A stretch of 64,000 nt of DNA from Octopus sinensis. Taxonomy: Eukaryota. A model generated the notes under the pieces. That model searched no databases, was not told the DNA's origin, and was given only the letters and a program-made list of their open reading frames with translations. The DNA is taken from contig NC_043018.1 of assembly GCF_006345805.1 (NCBI RefSeq), positions 19,716,001 to 19,780,000 of the forward strand, written 5' to 3'. How positions within the stretch are numbered: position 1 is the first letter of the stretch; each line of letters opens with the position of its first letter. Shown in pieces: positions 63,937-64,000 of the stretch. The translations under genes and the position numbers were made by a program.

Positions 63937-64000
63937 TATCTATCTATCTATCTGTCTATCTATCTATCTATATATATATATATACACACACACACATGCA

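Overview
This is AT-rich, repeat-saturated eukaryotic DNA. The SINE families match those I recall from Octopus (coleoid cephalopod); this is an inference, not a database result. It looks like a very long intron or an intergenic region. I could not identify any intact protein-coding gene: almost all long ORFs in the track are translations of microsatellites or SINEs. Well-supported content: (1) many tRNA-derived SINEs of about five families; (2) fragments of R4/Dong-clade (RT plus restriction-like endonuclease), CR1 and RTE LINEs; (3) mariner remnants, including a fully palindromic one; (4) hAT and piggyBac-type MITEs with intact target-site duplications (TSDs); (5) three non-autonomous Helitrons; (6) a probably decayed tRNA-Asn(GTT); (7) a ~1.26 kb tandem duplication. 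Most notable: short fold-back elements inserted into (TA)n tracts that carry type I hammerhead ribozyme (HHR) motifs, consistent with Penelope-like element (PLE) terminal repeats; a second minimal hammerhead family; a textbook recursive-splice-site motif on + (46036-46072); and a 4/17-nt microexon signature with two perfect tandem donors on - (40242-40298). Coordinates were counted by hand, so repeat ends are approximate.
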